From NCBI GenBank assembly GCA_964551955.1, contig CAZKFE010000002.1, positions 1 through 34,694 on the forward strand: DNA of 34,694 nt, read 5' to 3'. Shown here piece by piece: positions 17,047 through 26,474 of the stretch. A model generated the notes under the pieces. It saw nothing but the letters and a program-made list of their open reading frames with translations, made no database searches and had not been told where the DNA came from. Source of the DNA: an uncultured Candidatus Actinomarina sp. (GTDB lineage: Bacteria; Actinomycetota; Acidimicrobiia; Actinomarinales; Actinomarinaceae). How positions within the stretch are numbered: the stretch's first letter is position 1; every line of letters starts with the position of its first letter. A program made the translations under genes and the position numbers.

Positions 17047-19212
17047 TTAATCACCCTTACCTGGAAATACTCTTTTTACATCAAAAACGTTCTCTATTTC
17101 GTTTGCGTCCGAAATTATGGTTTCTAATTGGATATTATCACTTAACTCTACTTGAAATAGTAAAGATACAATTCTTTTGCTATTAGTAATTGATTTAGCA
17201 ACAAGTATATTTCCACCATTATCAGAAATAGCTATCGTTGCATCTCTAAGCAGGTAAGGTCTATCAATTGCTTCAATTTCTATCCATACTATAGAACCTG
17301 TATGTGTATTTAACCCCCAACTAACATCAACTATTCTTTCTCCTTGTGAATTATCAATTCTTACATTTAAACAATCGGAACGGTGTATGGAGATTCCTTT
17401 GTTTATAGTTACGAATCCAAGGATATCATCACCAGGTACAGGTACACAACATCTAGCCATTCTTACTTTAATATCGTCATATCCTTCGACTAATATCTGT
17501 TGATCATTATCACTTGGAGTTTGATCTGGAGAAAATATGTCCTCTTCTTCTGATATTTCTTCTGGAAAAACGTATTTACGAATACGAGTTCCTATGTTTT
17601 TAATTTTTAATTTATTATTTCCTAGATTTAAATATAATGTTTCATAATTTGGATGTTTAAACTCATTTATTAAATGATTGAGAATATCTTCCTTATTAGA
17701 AAAATTTAATATATCTTCATTCTCGTCTAACCAAGTATTCAGAAGTTGTTTTCCTTTTTGTATATCTTCATCTTTCATCTGTTTCTGATGCCATTGTTTA
17801 ATTTTAGATCTAGCTCTTGTAGTCTTAACAAAACTTAACCAATCCCTGCTTGGACCTTTTTCAGAATCTTTAGTTGTTAATATTTCAACCGTATCACCAG
17901 TTTTTAATAATGTTCCTAAGTTAACTAGTTTTCCATTAATTTTTGCACCAATTAATTTCTCACCTACTTGTGTATGAACAGCAAAAGCAAAATCTACAGG
18001 TGTAGCTCCTGTTGGTAGAGTAATAACATCACCATTAGGTGTTAAACAAAACAACTCCTGTTCATACAAATCTAATTTCATATGTGATAAAAATTCATTA
18101 GGTTCTGGATATTCCTCAGATATACTGTTTAAATCATTTGTCCATTCCTGAAGATCGTTCTTGGGATTTTCTTTATATTTCCAATGTGATGCAACACCAA
18201 ATTCTGCTCTGTAATGCATGTCGCGAGTTCTTATTTGAATTTCCATTCTTTGCCCTTCAGAAGTTAATACTGTTGTGTGAAGACTTTGATATAGGTTAAA
18301 TTTTGGCATTGATATAAAATCTTTAAATCTACCAAGTACAGGTTGAAAATTAGCATGAATTAGTCCAAGAATTGTATAACAATTTTTAACGTCATCTGTA
18401 AGTATACGTATACCAACTAAGTCATTTATTTCATTAAATGACATACCACTATTAATTATTTTCTTATATATTGAATAATTATGTTTTGGTCTTCCAACAA
18501 CTTCAGCTGATATTGAATTATCCGACAATAATTTTTCAATTATTTTAATTGATTCATTTATATTTTTATCTCTATTAGGTGCAGATTTTAATATTAAATT
18601 ATTAATTTCTTCATTCTGATTTTTAAATAATATCTTAAATGAAACATCTTCTAACCTATGTTTTATATTTTGAAGACCAAGTCTGTGAGCAAGAGGAGCA
18701 TACACATATAAGGTTTCTTGTGCAATTTTTTCTTTTTTCCAATCATTTAAATATTCTATTGTCTCTATATTATGTAATCTATCTGCTAATTTTAATATCA
18801 GAACTCTTATATCTTTAGACATAGCTATAACCATTTTTCTTATTGCGTCTGCCTTTGCTTCTTCCTTAGAGTTGTAATTAATTTTGTCAAGCTTTGTTAC
18901 ACCGTCAACTATATCTGCAATTTCTAAACCAAATTCTTTTTTTATTTGATCATAAGTTATATCTGTATCTTCAATTAAATCATGCAAAATAGCTGATGTA
19001 ATAGTTTCTAAATCCATACTTAAATTTGAAAGATATATAGCCACATTTAAGGGATGAGTAATATATGGCTCACCAGAGTGTCTTGTTTGTTCCTTATGAC
19101 CTGTTGATGCTAATTCGAATGCTTTTTTTAAGACTTTTTTGTCATCATTTGAATAATTATTTATTAGTTCTTTAAATAAACTTTCCACATATTTTGTTGA
19201 AGTTTCGTTCAT
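17047..19212 (-). CDS. relA: bifunctional (p)ppGpp synthetase/hydrolase Rel
   Basis: HD hydrolase domain (GEPYITHPLNVA, HDLIEDT), synthetase domain (GRPKHNYSIYKKI, DLVGIRI, EIQIRT), a TGS domain and a C-terminal ACT-like domain. Confidence 0.95.
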   Translation of the reverse strand: MNETSTKYVESLFKELINNYSNDDKKVLKKAFELASTGHKEQTRHSGEPYITHPLNVAIYLSNLSMDLETITSAILHDLIEDTDITYDQIKKEFGLEIADIVDGVTKLDKINYNSKEEAKADAIRKMVIAMSKDIRVLILKLADRLHNIETIEYLNDWKKEKIAQETLYVYAPLAHRLGLQNIKHRLEDVSFKILFKNQNEEINNLILKSAPNRDKNINESIKIIEKLLSDNSISAEVVGRPKHNYSIYKKIINSGMSFNEINDLVGIRILTDDVKNCYTILGLIHANFQPVLGRFKDFISMPKFNLYQSLHTTVLTSEGQRMEIQIRTRDMHYRAEFGVASHWKYKENPKNDLQEWTNDLNSISEEYPEPNEFLSHMKLDLYEQELFCLTPNGDVITLPTGATPVDFAFAVHTQVGEKLIGAKINGKLVNLGTLLKTGDTVEILTTKDSEKGPSRDWLSFVKTTRARSKIKQWHQKQMKDEDIQKGKQLLNTWLDENEDILNFSNKEDILNHLINEFKHPNYETLYLNLGNNKLKIKNIGTRIRKYVFPEEISEEEDIFSPDQTPSDNDQQILVEGYDDIKVRMARCCVPVPGDDILGFVTINKGISIHRSDCLNVRIDNSQGERIVDVSWGLNTHTGSIVWIEIEAIDRPYLLRDATIAISDNGGNILVAKSITNSKRIVSLLFQVELSDNIQLETIISDANEIENVFDVKRVFPGKGD

Positions 19213-19233
19213 TATTTAATGGTAGTAAGATTT

Positions 19234-20145
19234 TTAACTTTTAATTATTTTAGATAAAAATGGAATAGTTACAAAAATTGAACTATATGTACCTGATAAT
19301 ATTCCAATAAATAAAGGTAAAGCAAAATCAGTTAAAGCTCCAGATAAACCTAAAAAGTTGCCTATAAATAAGATAGAAGCTATCGGTATAACAGATGTAA
19401 TAGATGTGTTAATACTTCTCATCAAAACTTCATTAAATGTTGTATTCAGATTTTCAACACTAAGGGTGTTTTGTTTTTTTAACTTATTTGAATCATTAAG
19501 TTTATCAAATAATATAACAGTATCGTAAAGTGAATACCCAAGAATAGTTAATAAAGCAATAACTGTTGACGGAGTAATCTCAAAATTTAGTATTAAATAA
19601 AATGATAAACACAACATTAAATCATGTATCAATGCTAATAAAGCTATTAAAGAAAATTTAAATTCATATCTATATGTAATTAATAAAACAATGAACGTTA
19701 AGAAAATAAATAAAGCTCTTAAACCTTTTTGAGTGATTTCTTCACCAAATGTAGGTCCAACTCTTTGAAATTCTATTTCGTTATCAGGAATATTAAATTT
19801 AGAAGATAAGTAATTTAAAAATTCTGCTTCTTTATCTGATGTGGCTTCAGTTGCCCTGAAAATGATTGTATTTGAGTTTTCAAAATTTTGGTATCGAGAC
19901 ACTTCCAGTATTTTATTATTCATAACATCGTTAATGTCTTCTGTATTATATTTTGTATCAAGTTGGTATGTAGTTCCTCCAGTGAAATCCACTGATAAAT
20001 TTAAATTTAATACATTGGTTAGTGCAAGAACTAATATCGTTACAAATACAATTATTTCTATAACAAATATTTTATATAATAGACTGGCTTTATCATAAAA
20101 ATTTACTTTTGTATTTCCTAAAAATAACTTTTTAAACATTATCAA
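19234..20145 (-). CDS. secF: protein translocase subunit SecF
   Basis: Six-TM SecF layout with DFTGGT and the conserved GYSLYDTVILFDK-type segment. It overlaps secD by 14 nt. Confidence 0.9.
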   Translation of the reverse strand: MIMFKKLFLGNTKVNFYDKASLLYKIFVIEIIVFVTILVLALTNVLNLNLSVDFTGGTTYQLDTKYNTEDINDVMNNKILEVSRYQNFENSNTIIFRATEATSDKEAEFLNYLSSKFNIPDNEIEFQRVGPTFGEEITQKGLRALFIFLTFIVLLITYRYEFKFSLIALLALIHDLMLCLSFYLILNFEITPSTVIALLTILGYSLYDTVILFDKLNDSNKLKKQNTLSVENLNTTFNEVLMRSINTSITSVIPIASILFIGNFLGLSGALTDFALPLFIGILSGTYSSIFVTIPFLSKIIKS

Positions 20146-21577
20146 GATCCTTTAATTTAATTGGAAAACAAAGTCGAGGGTTAGAAGTTATGTTAGAAAT
20201 AAGTGGAACAGAGTTTCTCGTATATAACCGTGTAAACATTAAATCAAACGTAGTTGCTAATCCTAATGCAAGTGCGAAACCTCTAATAGGTCCGATAGCA
20301 AGAATGTATAGTAAAACAGCAGCTGATATTGATACAAAATCAGCAATCAATATTGTTTTCCATGCATCATCAACTGCTTTATTAGCAGCAAAACCAAATG
20401 ATCGTCCAATTTTTAGTTCATCTTTAAATTTTTCGAATGTAACAATATAGGAATCTGCTGCTAATCCAATAGAAACAATTGCTCCAGCTATACCAGCTAG
20501 TGTTAATGTATATCCCTGATATTTACTTAATAAAGATATTATGGAATAAAACAATATTCCAAATGATGCCAATCCAAATATAGCAACCGCACCAAGAAGT
20601 CTATAATATAAAAATAAAAATATAGATACTATTAATAATCCAACTATTCCAGCTTGTAATCCTAGGTTTAATGTATTCTCACCAAGTGTTGCAGATACTT
20701 TTTGTATTGAAGATCTTTCAAATGCAACGGGTAATGCACCGTACCTCAATATTACTGCTAAATTGTTAGCCGACTCTCCTCCATCAGCATTTCCCATAGA
20801 AATTGCAGCATTACCTCCTGTAATGCCGATACTTGGATCTACATCAAATGCTATACCTGGAGCAGATACAACTTCACCATCTAGTACAATTGCAAGCTTT
20901 CTTTGTTCTCCTTGTTTTGATGCAAGGTATTTAGTTAAATCTGTAAATTTTGATTCCGATTCAGATTTAAGTTCTAAAGATACAATCCATTCATTTTCTG
21001 GAAAAACTGCTATTGCATCTGAAATATCATTACCCGTTAACTCAGCTGGACCTAATTCATATATAACTGGAAATCCACTGTTAACACCAAGTAGATATGA
21101 AACATTATAGGGATTGTCAATGATGCTTAAACCCATGATTTCATCGACACCATCTGCAACAAGTTTTATTGGATTGTCTGGATCGTCTTCATTGGATAAA
21201 TATTCAAAAGCGGGAGAAAAACCTGTATTCAAAGAAGATTCAAGTACTGGCCTGAAAGTAAGTAAGCCTGTAGTACCGAGTGCTTCAATTGCTCTATTTT
21301 GATCAGTTACACCCGGTAATTGTACTAAAACTGAATTATCACCACTAATAGATATTTCGGGTTCTTGTACATCACCAAAAGCTTCGATTCTTGTTCTCAT
21401 AATTTCTACAGCTTGTTCAATTAACTCCGGGTCTGTATCTTTTGGAGCAGTTAAAATTACAGATATACCTCCTTGTAAGTCCAACCCTAACTTTGGTTCA
21501 ATTTCATAAGTTTGAATGTAATAAAATAATGAGAATGAAATAATTGGAAGAATTAATAATTTATATATATTTTTCAT
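20132..21577 (-). CDS. secD: protein translocase subunit SecD (short, 481 aa)
   Basis: LGLDLQGGISV start of the periplasmic domain, the C-terminal six-TM bundle (LTLAGIAGAIVSIGLAADSYIV) and the yajC-secD-secF order. Confidence 0.9.
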   Translation of the reverse strand: MKNIYKLLILPIISFSLFYYIQTYEIEPKLGLDLQGGISVILTAPKDTDPELIEQAVEIMRTRIEAFGDVQEPEISISGDNSVLVQLPGVTDQNRAIEALGTTGLLTFRPVLESSLNTGFSPAFEYLSNEDDPDNPIKLVADGVDEIMGLSIIDNPYNVSYLLGVNSGFPVIYELGPAELTGNDISDAIAVFPENEWIVSLELKSESESKFTDLTKYLASKQGEQRKLAIVLDGEVVSAPGIAFDVDPSIGITGGNAAISMGNADGGESANNLAVILRYGALPVAFERSSIQKVSATLGENTLNLGLQAGIVGLLIVSIFLFLYYRLLGAVAIFGLASFGILFYSIISLLSKYQGYTLTLAGIAGAIVSIGLAADSYIVTFEKFKDELKIGRSFGFAANKAVDDAWKTILIADFVSISAAVLLYILAIGPIRGFALALGLATTFDLMFTRLYTRNSVPLISNITSNPRLCFPIKLKDLDNV

Positions 21578-21825
21578 AATTTATTTTGTATATAATTTTT
21601 ATTAATTATAATTTCGCCTTTTTTTAAAACTAATGTTATATCATTAGAATTAATGTTAGTAACTCTTCCATAAATACCAGATTCAGTAACTACATTATCA
21701 CCAATTTTTAATTCGTTTATTAATTCTTTATGTTTATTGTTCCTTCTCCGTTGTGGCATATATAAAAATAAATAAAAAACAACAAATATTGCTAATAGAG
21801 GTAACAATGTAACTAATTCATTCAT
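21574..21825 (-). CDS. yajC: preprotein translocase subunit YajC
   Basis: Single N-terminal TM followed by PQRRR and L-x-x-GD-x-V-x-T-x-x-GI-x-G-x-V (KIGDNVVTESGIYGRV). Confidence 0.85.
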   Translation of the reverse strand: MNELVTLLPLLAIFVVFYLFLYMPQRRRNNKHKELINELKIGDNVVTESGIYGRVTNINSNDITLVLKKGEIIINKNYIQNKL

Positions 21826-22903
21826 TCTGATATTTCACTTTAAATTTATTAAAATTTGATTCTAATATACTTTTTCTAGCTTCATCAAGGATAGTCTCAG
21901 TTTGTATTAAGTTATGTACTGTTAAATAAAGCCATGCTGAAGTGTTTTCTGTTTGTATTAAGTGCCTTAAAAAAGCTTTTGAATAGTTTTGACATGTAAA
22001 ACAAATACACAAATTACTTATAGGATTAGGATCGTTTTTATATTTTTCGTTTTTAATATTTATATAACCATTGCCTACAATTAATTTTCCATGTCTAGCT
22101 AACCTAGCAGGCCAAACACAATCAAATAAGTCAATTCCTTCTTCTATTAAGTCTATTAATCCTTGTGTGTCACCAAGACCCATTACGTATTTTGGCTTGT
22201 CATCAGGTAATAATTCACTCGTGTATTTAACTATTTCTTTTCTTTGTTCGGAACTTTCACCTATAGCTAAACCACCTATTGCATATCCATCATAATTTTG
22301 CTCTACCATATATCTTGCTGATAATTCACGTAAATCTTTATGAAGACCTCCTTGAATAATTCCAAATAAAGATTGTTTCTTATTTTTATGTGCTTTAATG
22401 GTTCTGCTACCCCAATCACGAGTAAGATTAATTGCTTCTATTTGTTTTTCTTTTACGTCATCTATGTCGATTAAACAGTCAAAAATCATGGCTATGTCAC
22501 TACCTAAATTATTTTGTGTTTTAATAGATAATTCAGGAGTCATCTCAAATGAAGATCCATCATAAACGTTTTTAAAAATAACACCATTATTGTTAATTTT
22601 AGTTGGTAAGGACCATGCTTGAAAACCACCAGAGTCTGTAAGGATAACTTTATCCCAATTCATAAATTTATGTATACCACCTAATTCTTTTATAATTTTT
22701 GATCCTGGACGTAAATGTAGATGGTATGTATTAGCTAGCAAAATATTTGTATTTATTAAATAAGAATGAGGTGTTGATTTAATTACACCTCTTGTAGCTA
22801 CAGGCATAAAGGTAGGAGTGTTTATGTTTTTGTTGTTTACACTTAATACGGAAGCTCTTGCATTTCCATCATTTTTTATAATATTTAATATTAAGTTACT
22901 CAT
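21818..22903 (-). CDS. tgt: queuine/preQ1 tRNA-ribosyltransferase
   Basis: TPTFMPVATRGVIK, LTDSGGFQ, GGLAIGES, MGLGDTQ and the zinc motif CICFTCQNYSKAFLRHL. Confidence 0.95.
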   Translation of the reverse strand: MSNLILNIIKNDGNARASVLSVNNKNINTPTFMPVATRGVIKSTPHSYLINTNILLANTYHLHLRPGSKIIKELGGIHKFMNWDKVILTDSGGFQAWSLPTKINNNGVIFKNVYDGSSFEMTPELSIKTQNNLGSDIAMIFDCLIDIDDVKEKQIEAINLTRDWGSRTIKAHKNKKQSLFGIIQGGLHKDLRELSARYMVEQNYDGYAIGGLAIGESSEQRKEIVKYTSELLPDDKPKYVMGLGDTQGLIDLIEEGIDLFDCVWPARLARHGKLIVGNGYINIKNEKYKNDPNPISNLCICFTCQNYSKAFLRHLIQTENTSAWLYLTVHNLIQTETILDEARKSILESNFNKFKVKYQNE

Positions 22904-23898
22904 ATAATTTTAAATAATACAGCATCGCCAAAACTTAAAAATTTTAATTTTCTTTTTTGTGCATAGATATAAAGTTCTCTCCATTTAATGCCATATATTG
23001 TTAAAACAATTGATAGAAGAGTACTTTTAGGAGCGTGAAAGTTCGTAATTAAAAAATTAGTTATTTTAAATTTAAATCCTGGTTTTATGAATAACTCTGT
23101 AATACCATAATATTTTCCTGTAAGTGCAATTGTTTCTAATACTCTAAGGACTGTGGTTCCAACAGCAACGATTGAATAACCATTTTTTTTAAGCTTCAAT
23201 AAATCAATATATTCTTTCTTAGACATTGAATAATTTTCACTATGGATTATATAATCTTCAACAAATTCTGTATTAATAGGTTTAAAAGTACCTAAACCTA
23301 TATCTAAATTTACAAACTTAATAACTACTCCAGATTTTTTAAGTTTTTCTATCATTTTATTATCAAAATGTAAGCCTGCGGTTGAAGCAGCTAAAGAAAA
23401 TCCACCTTTACTAAATTCAGTAATGTAGTTTTTGTATTTTGATGGGATATCTTCTATGTAAGGTGGTAAAGGTGTGGTTCCAAATCGTTCAATAATGTAA
23501 TCAATTTCTAAACTAGTTTCTATAGTAAAGCTAATATCATTCTTATCTATTAAGGTAAAGGTAAAAATATCTGTGGTAATTGAATCGCCTATATTTTTTG
23601 ATCCATTATATCTTAATAAACATTCACAAACATTAGAGGAAACTTTATTAAGTATAAATATTTCAATCTTTCCTCTAGTTTGACTTTTGAATGTCTTAAT
23701 TCTCACATCTTGAACCTTACTTTTATTAAGAACTAATACTGTTTTACTAGGCAGGATTGACAATAATTTTTTAAACTTAATTATTTTATGATTGTCTGCT
23801 ATTAAAATTTTTGAATTTTTTGGTTTTTTGTATCTTGTTTGAGCAATGCTTTTTTTATCAAGATGATAATTTAACTCATTAGTCTTTGTTTTAGTCAA
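22900..23898 (-). CDS. queA: S-adenosylmethionine:tRNA ribosyltransferase-isomerase
   Basis: YHLDKKSIAQ, TPLPPYI, STAGLHF, VGTTVLRVLE and the C-terminal FLSFGDAVL motifs. It overlaps tgt by 4 nt. Confidence 0.93.
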   Translation of the reverse strand: MTKTKTNELNYHLDKKSIAQTRYKKPKNSKILIADNHKIIKFKKLLSILPSKTVLVLNKSKVQDVRIKTFKSQTRGKIEIFILNKVSSNVCECLLRYNGSKNIGDSITTDIFTFTLIDKNDISFTIETSLEIDYIIERFGTTPLPPYIEDIPSKYKNYITEFSKGGFSLAASTAGLHFDNKMIEKLKKSGVVIKFVNLDIGLGTFKPINTEFVEDYIIHSENYSMSKKEYIDLLKLKKNGYSIVAVGTTVLRVLETIALTGKYYGITELFIKPGFKFKITNFLITNFHAPKSTLLSIVLTIYGIKWRELYIYAQKRKLKFLSFGDAVLFKII

Positions 23899-24252
23899 TT
23901 ATTTATTAAGTAGTTTTATAAATAAATCATATGACATTGAAACAACTTCTGGTAGACCATCATTAGTTCTTCTTTTATTGTCGCCTTTTCTTTTCAATTT
24001 TTTCCAAAATAATACAGTATTAATATTTCCTGATTTTTCAATAGCTTTATCTAAAGATTGATGAAGATTCAAGTTTTGTCTTGATTTAGCTTCTATAAAG
24101 TATTCTTCTTCTTCAGTAAATAATTGAATGTCACCTAAATCATTCGAACCACCTTCGGCAAATCTTTGTGAGCGAAATTTTTCATATTTATTTAGACGAT
24201 TTACAATATTTGTTTCGTAATTTGTACCCTGTTTTTTTGCTTTGTTAACCAT
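23899..24252 (-). CDS. small PD-(D/E)XK nuclease, archaeal Hjc-like putative Holliday-junction resolvase
   Basis: 117 aa. KKQGTNYE13TNIVNRL ... GGSNDLGD41IQLF ... FIE54AK56SR ... KSGNINTVLFWKK. This gives a complete E / D / E-x-K nuclease motif set, spaced as in Hjc. It lies between yebC and queA, the usual ruvC position. The family assignment (Hjc versus YraN/UPF0102-like) is not resolved by eye. Confidence 0.55.
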   Translation of the reverse strand: MVNKAKKQGTNYETNIVNRLNKYEKFRSQRFAEGGSNDLGDIQLFTEEEEYFIEAKSRQNLNLHQSLDKAIEKSGNINTVLFWKKLKRKGDNKRRTNDGLPEVVSMSYDLFIKLLNK

Positions 24253-24271
24253 TTATTAATTTTAACAATTT

Positions 24272-25015
24272 TTATATTCTTAATGCAGTATCTAAAATTT
24301 TATCGTCAATATCAAAATTTGAATATACGTCCTGAACGTCATCAAGGTCTTCTAAAGTTTCAATCAATTTTGTAACTTCTTTAAACATATTTATATCGAG
24401 CATTACTGAAGATTCAGGTATATATGCTATTTCTGAATTTGTAGGTTTCAAATTATTTTCTTTAAATATTTGATCTACTTTTTTAAAATCTGAAGGATCA
24501 AATTCTAAGTTTAATGAATTATTAATTTCATTTATGTCGAGACAATTGTTATCAATTGCGAGATTTATTAAGTTATCTGATGATTCATCAAATTGAAATA
24601 AAGCTTTTCTATTAAATAAGTAATTTACACTTCCGGGAGTTCCTGTTCGTCCATTATTTTTATTAAAAGCTGCTTTTATATCAGATGATGTTCTATTTTT
24701 ATTATCAGTTAAACATTCAACTAATATTGCAACTCCATGTGGTCCGTAACCTTCGTAATATACTTCAATATATTTTTTATCATCGTTATCGCCGCTTAAT
24801 CTTTTTAAAGCTTTTTCAATATTATCATTTGGTACTGAATTTGATTTAGCTTTGGATATTGCTTGATAAAGAGATGCGTTATTATTTGGATCAGTTCCAC
24901 CATTTTTAGCAGCGACTTCAATCCCTCTAATTAGTTTTGCAAAAAGTTTCCCTCTTTTTGCATCATTTGCACCCTTCTTCCTTTTTATTGTTGACCATTT
25001 AGAATGCCCTGACAT
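24272..25015 (-). CDS. yebC: YebC/PmpR family DNA-binding transcriptional regulator
   Basis: The canonical N-terminus MSGHSKWSTIKRKKGANDAKRGKLFAKL and full-length YebC architecture. Confidence 0.93.
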   Translation of the reverse strand: MSGHSKWSTIKRKKGANDAKRGKLFAKLIRGIEVAAKNGGTDPNNNASLYQAISKAKSNSVPNDNIEKALKRLSGDNDDKKYIEVYYEGYGPHGVAILVECLTDNKNRTSSDIKAAFNKNNGRTGTPGSVNYLFNRKALFQFDESSDNLINLAIDNNCLDINEINNSLNLEFDPSDFKKVDQIFKENNLKPTNSEIAYIPESSVMLDINMFKEVTKLIETLEDLDDVQDVYSNFDIDDKILDTALRI

Positions 25016-25577
25016 TATTTCCCTTTACAATAAAATTTTCCAACCAGTTTAAATAATTTTCATCATTTGTTAGTTCTGGATGAAATGTTAATCCTACAAT
25101 GTTATTTTCTTTTATACCTACAATTTCTTCATCAAATGATGCTATATTTTCAGTATTGCTTCCAGTAGATATAATTTTTGGAGCTCTTATAAAACAATAC
25201 ATTTGTGTGTTCTTATTAAAATTTACTAAACCCTCAAATGATTGATTTTGTCTTCCATATGCATTACGTTCGACTATGCAATTCAATAATCCAAGAGATA
25301 CATTTCCATCAATTACATCCTTAGCTAATAAAATAAGTCCTGCGCATGTGCCTAATGTAGGTATTCCACTTTTTATAACATTATTAATTTCTTTAAATAA
25401 TTCATTATTACGTTGTATCTTAATCATTGAAGTTGACTCACCACCAGGAAGAATTAATGAATCAATATTTATTAAATCTTTTTTATCTTTTATTAGAATA
25501 TGATCTCTGCCTATTAAATGTAAGCTTTTTTGATGATCAATAAAACTACCTTGTAACGCAAGAATACCAGTAGACAT
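24999..25577 (-). CDS. pdxT: pyridoxal 5'-phosphate synthase glutaminase subunit PdxT
   Basis: GILALQGSF, the LPGGEST and GTCAGLILLA (catalytic Cys) motifs, and FHPELT. I prefer ATG 25577 (TAATG overlap with pdxS, AGAGG upstream). The track uses TTG 25583. Confidence 0.93.
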   Translation of the reverse strand: MSTGILALQGSFIDHQKSLHLIGRDHILIKDKKDLINIDSLILPGGESTSMIKIQRNNELFKEINNVIKSGIPTLGTCAGLILLAKDVIDGNVSLGLLNCIVERNAYGRQNQSFEGLVNFNKNTQMYCFIRAPKIISTGSNTENIASFDEEIVGIKENNIVGLTFHPELTNDENYLNWLENFIVKGNNVRAF

Positions 25578-26461
25578 TACCAACCTCTTTTTGCTAGTTT
25601 CTCCGCTTCATCTAGATCATCTATGTTAATTCCAACCATAGGTTCCCCTAAATTCTTAGATACTTCAACTATTTTTGAAGGATTTTCATAATTTGTAGTA
25701 GCTATAACTATTGCTTCAGCGCGTTCAGATGGATCTCCACTTTTGAAAATACCTGATCCAACAAAAACTCCATCACATCCTAATTGCATCATTAAAGCAG
25801 CGTCAGCTGGCGTTGCAATACCACCAGCAGCAAAGTTTACAACTGGAAGTTTTTTTTCTTTTTTAATTTCTTTAACTACTTCATATGGGGCTGAAAATTC
25901 TTTTGCTAGAGACATTAGTTGGTTTTTATCACATGAAATAATCTTATTTATACCTTCTGTAATACTTCTCATATGTTTTACAGCTTCAATTACATTTCCA
26001 GTTCCTGCTTCGCCCTTAGTTCGTATCATTGCTGCTCCTTCAGCAATCCTTCTACAAGCTTCACCAATATTTGTTGCTCCATTAACAAACGGTGTTTTTA
26101 TATCATGCTTATCAATATGATTTTTATCATCAGCTGGAGTTAAAACTTCACTTTCATCAATAAAATCTACTCCTAACTCTTCTAACATTTGAGCTTCTAC
26201 AAAATGTCCAATTCTTGATTTTGCCATTACCGGAATTGTAACTGTATTCATAATCTGTTGAATCATTTCAACAGATGACATTCTTGCTACCCCTCCTTCA
26301 GCTCTAATATCAGCAGGTACTCTCTCTAAGGCCATAACTGCTGCCGCACCAGATTTTTCTGCAATTAATGCCTGCTCAGCATTAACAACATCCATAATTA
26401 CGCCGCCTTTAAGCATTTCTGCTAAACCTTTTTTTATTTTTAAAGTAGATTGAATTTTCAT
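25577..26461 (-). CDS. pdxS: pyridoxal 5'-phosphate synthase lyase subunit PdxS
   Basis: Highly conserved throughout: [52 protein letters not shown] and [29 protein letters not shown]. Confidence 0.97.
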   Translation of the reverse strand: MKIQSTLKIKKGLAEMLKGGVIMDVVNAEQALIAEKSGAAAVMALERVPADIRAEGGVARMSSVEMIQQIMNTVTIPVMAKSRIGHFVEAQMLEELGVDFIDESEVLTPADDKNHIDKHDIKTPFVNGATNIGEACRRIAEGAAMIRTKGEAGTGNVIEAVKHMRSITEGINKIISCDKNQLMSLAKEFSAPYEVVKEIKKEKKLPVVNFAAGGIATPADAALMMQLGCDGVFVGSGIFKSGDPSERAEAIVIATTNYENPSKIVEVSKNLGEPMVGINIDDLDEAEKLAKRGW

Positions 26462-26474
26462 ATCTTAATAATAA

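Noticed and set aside
25577-26461. A locally elevated GC content over pdxS (and, less so, secD and alaS) compared with about 20-25% GC stretches such as the priA-like gene. This could indicate horizontal transfer.
   Set aside because: GC tracks protein conservation: Gly/Ala/Val-rich conserved cores versus Asn/Lys/Ile-rich fast-evolving genes. The synteny is the ancestral actinobacterial one and there are no flanking mobile-element signatures.
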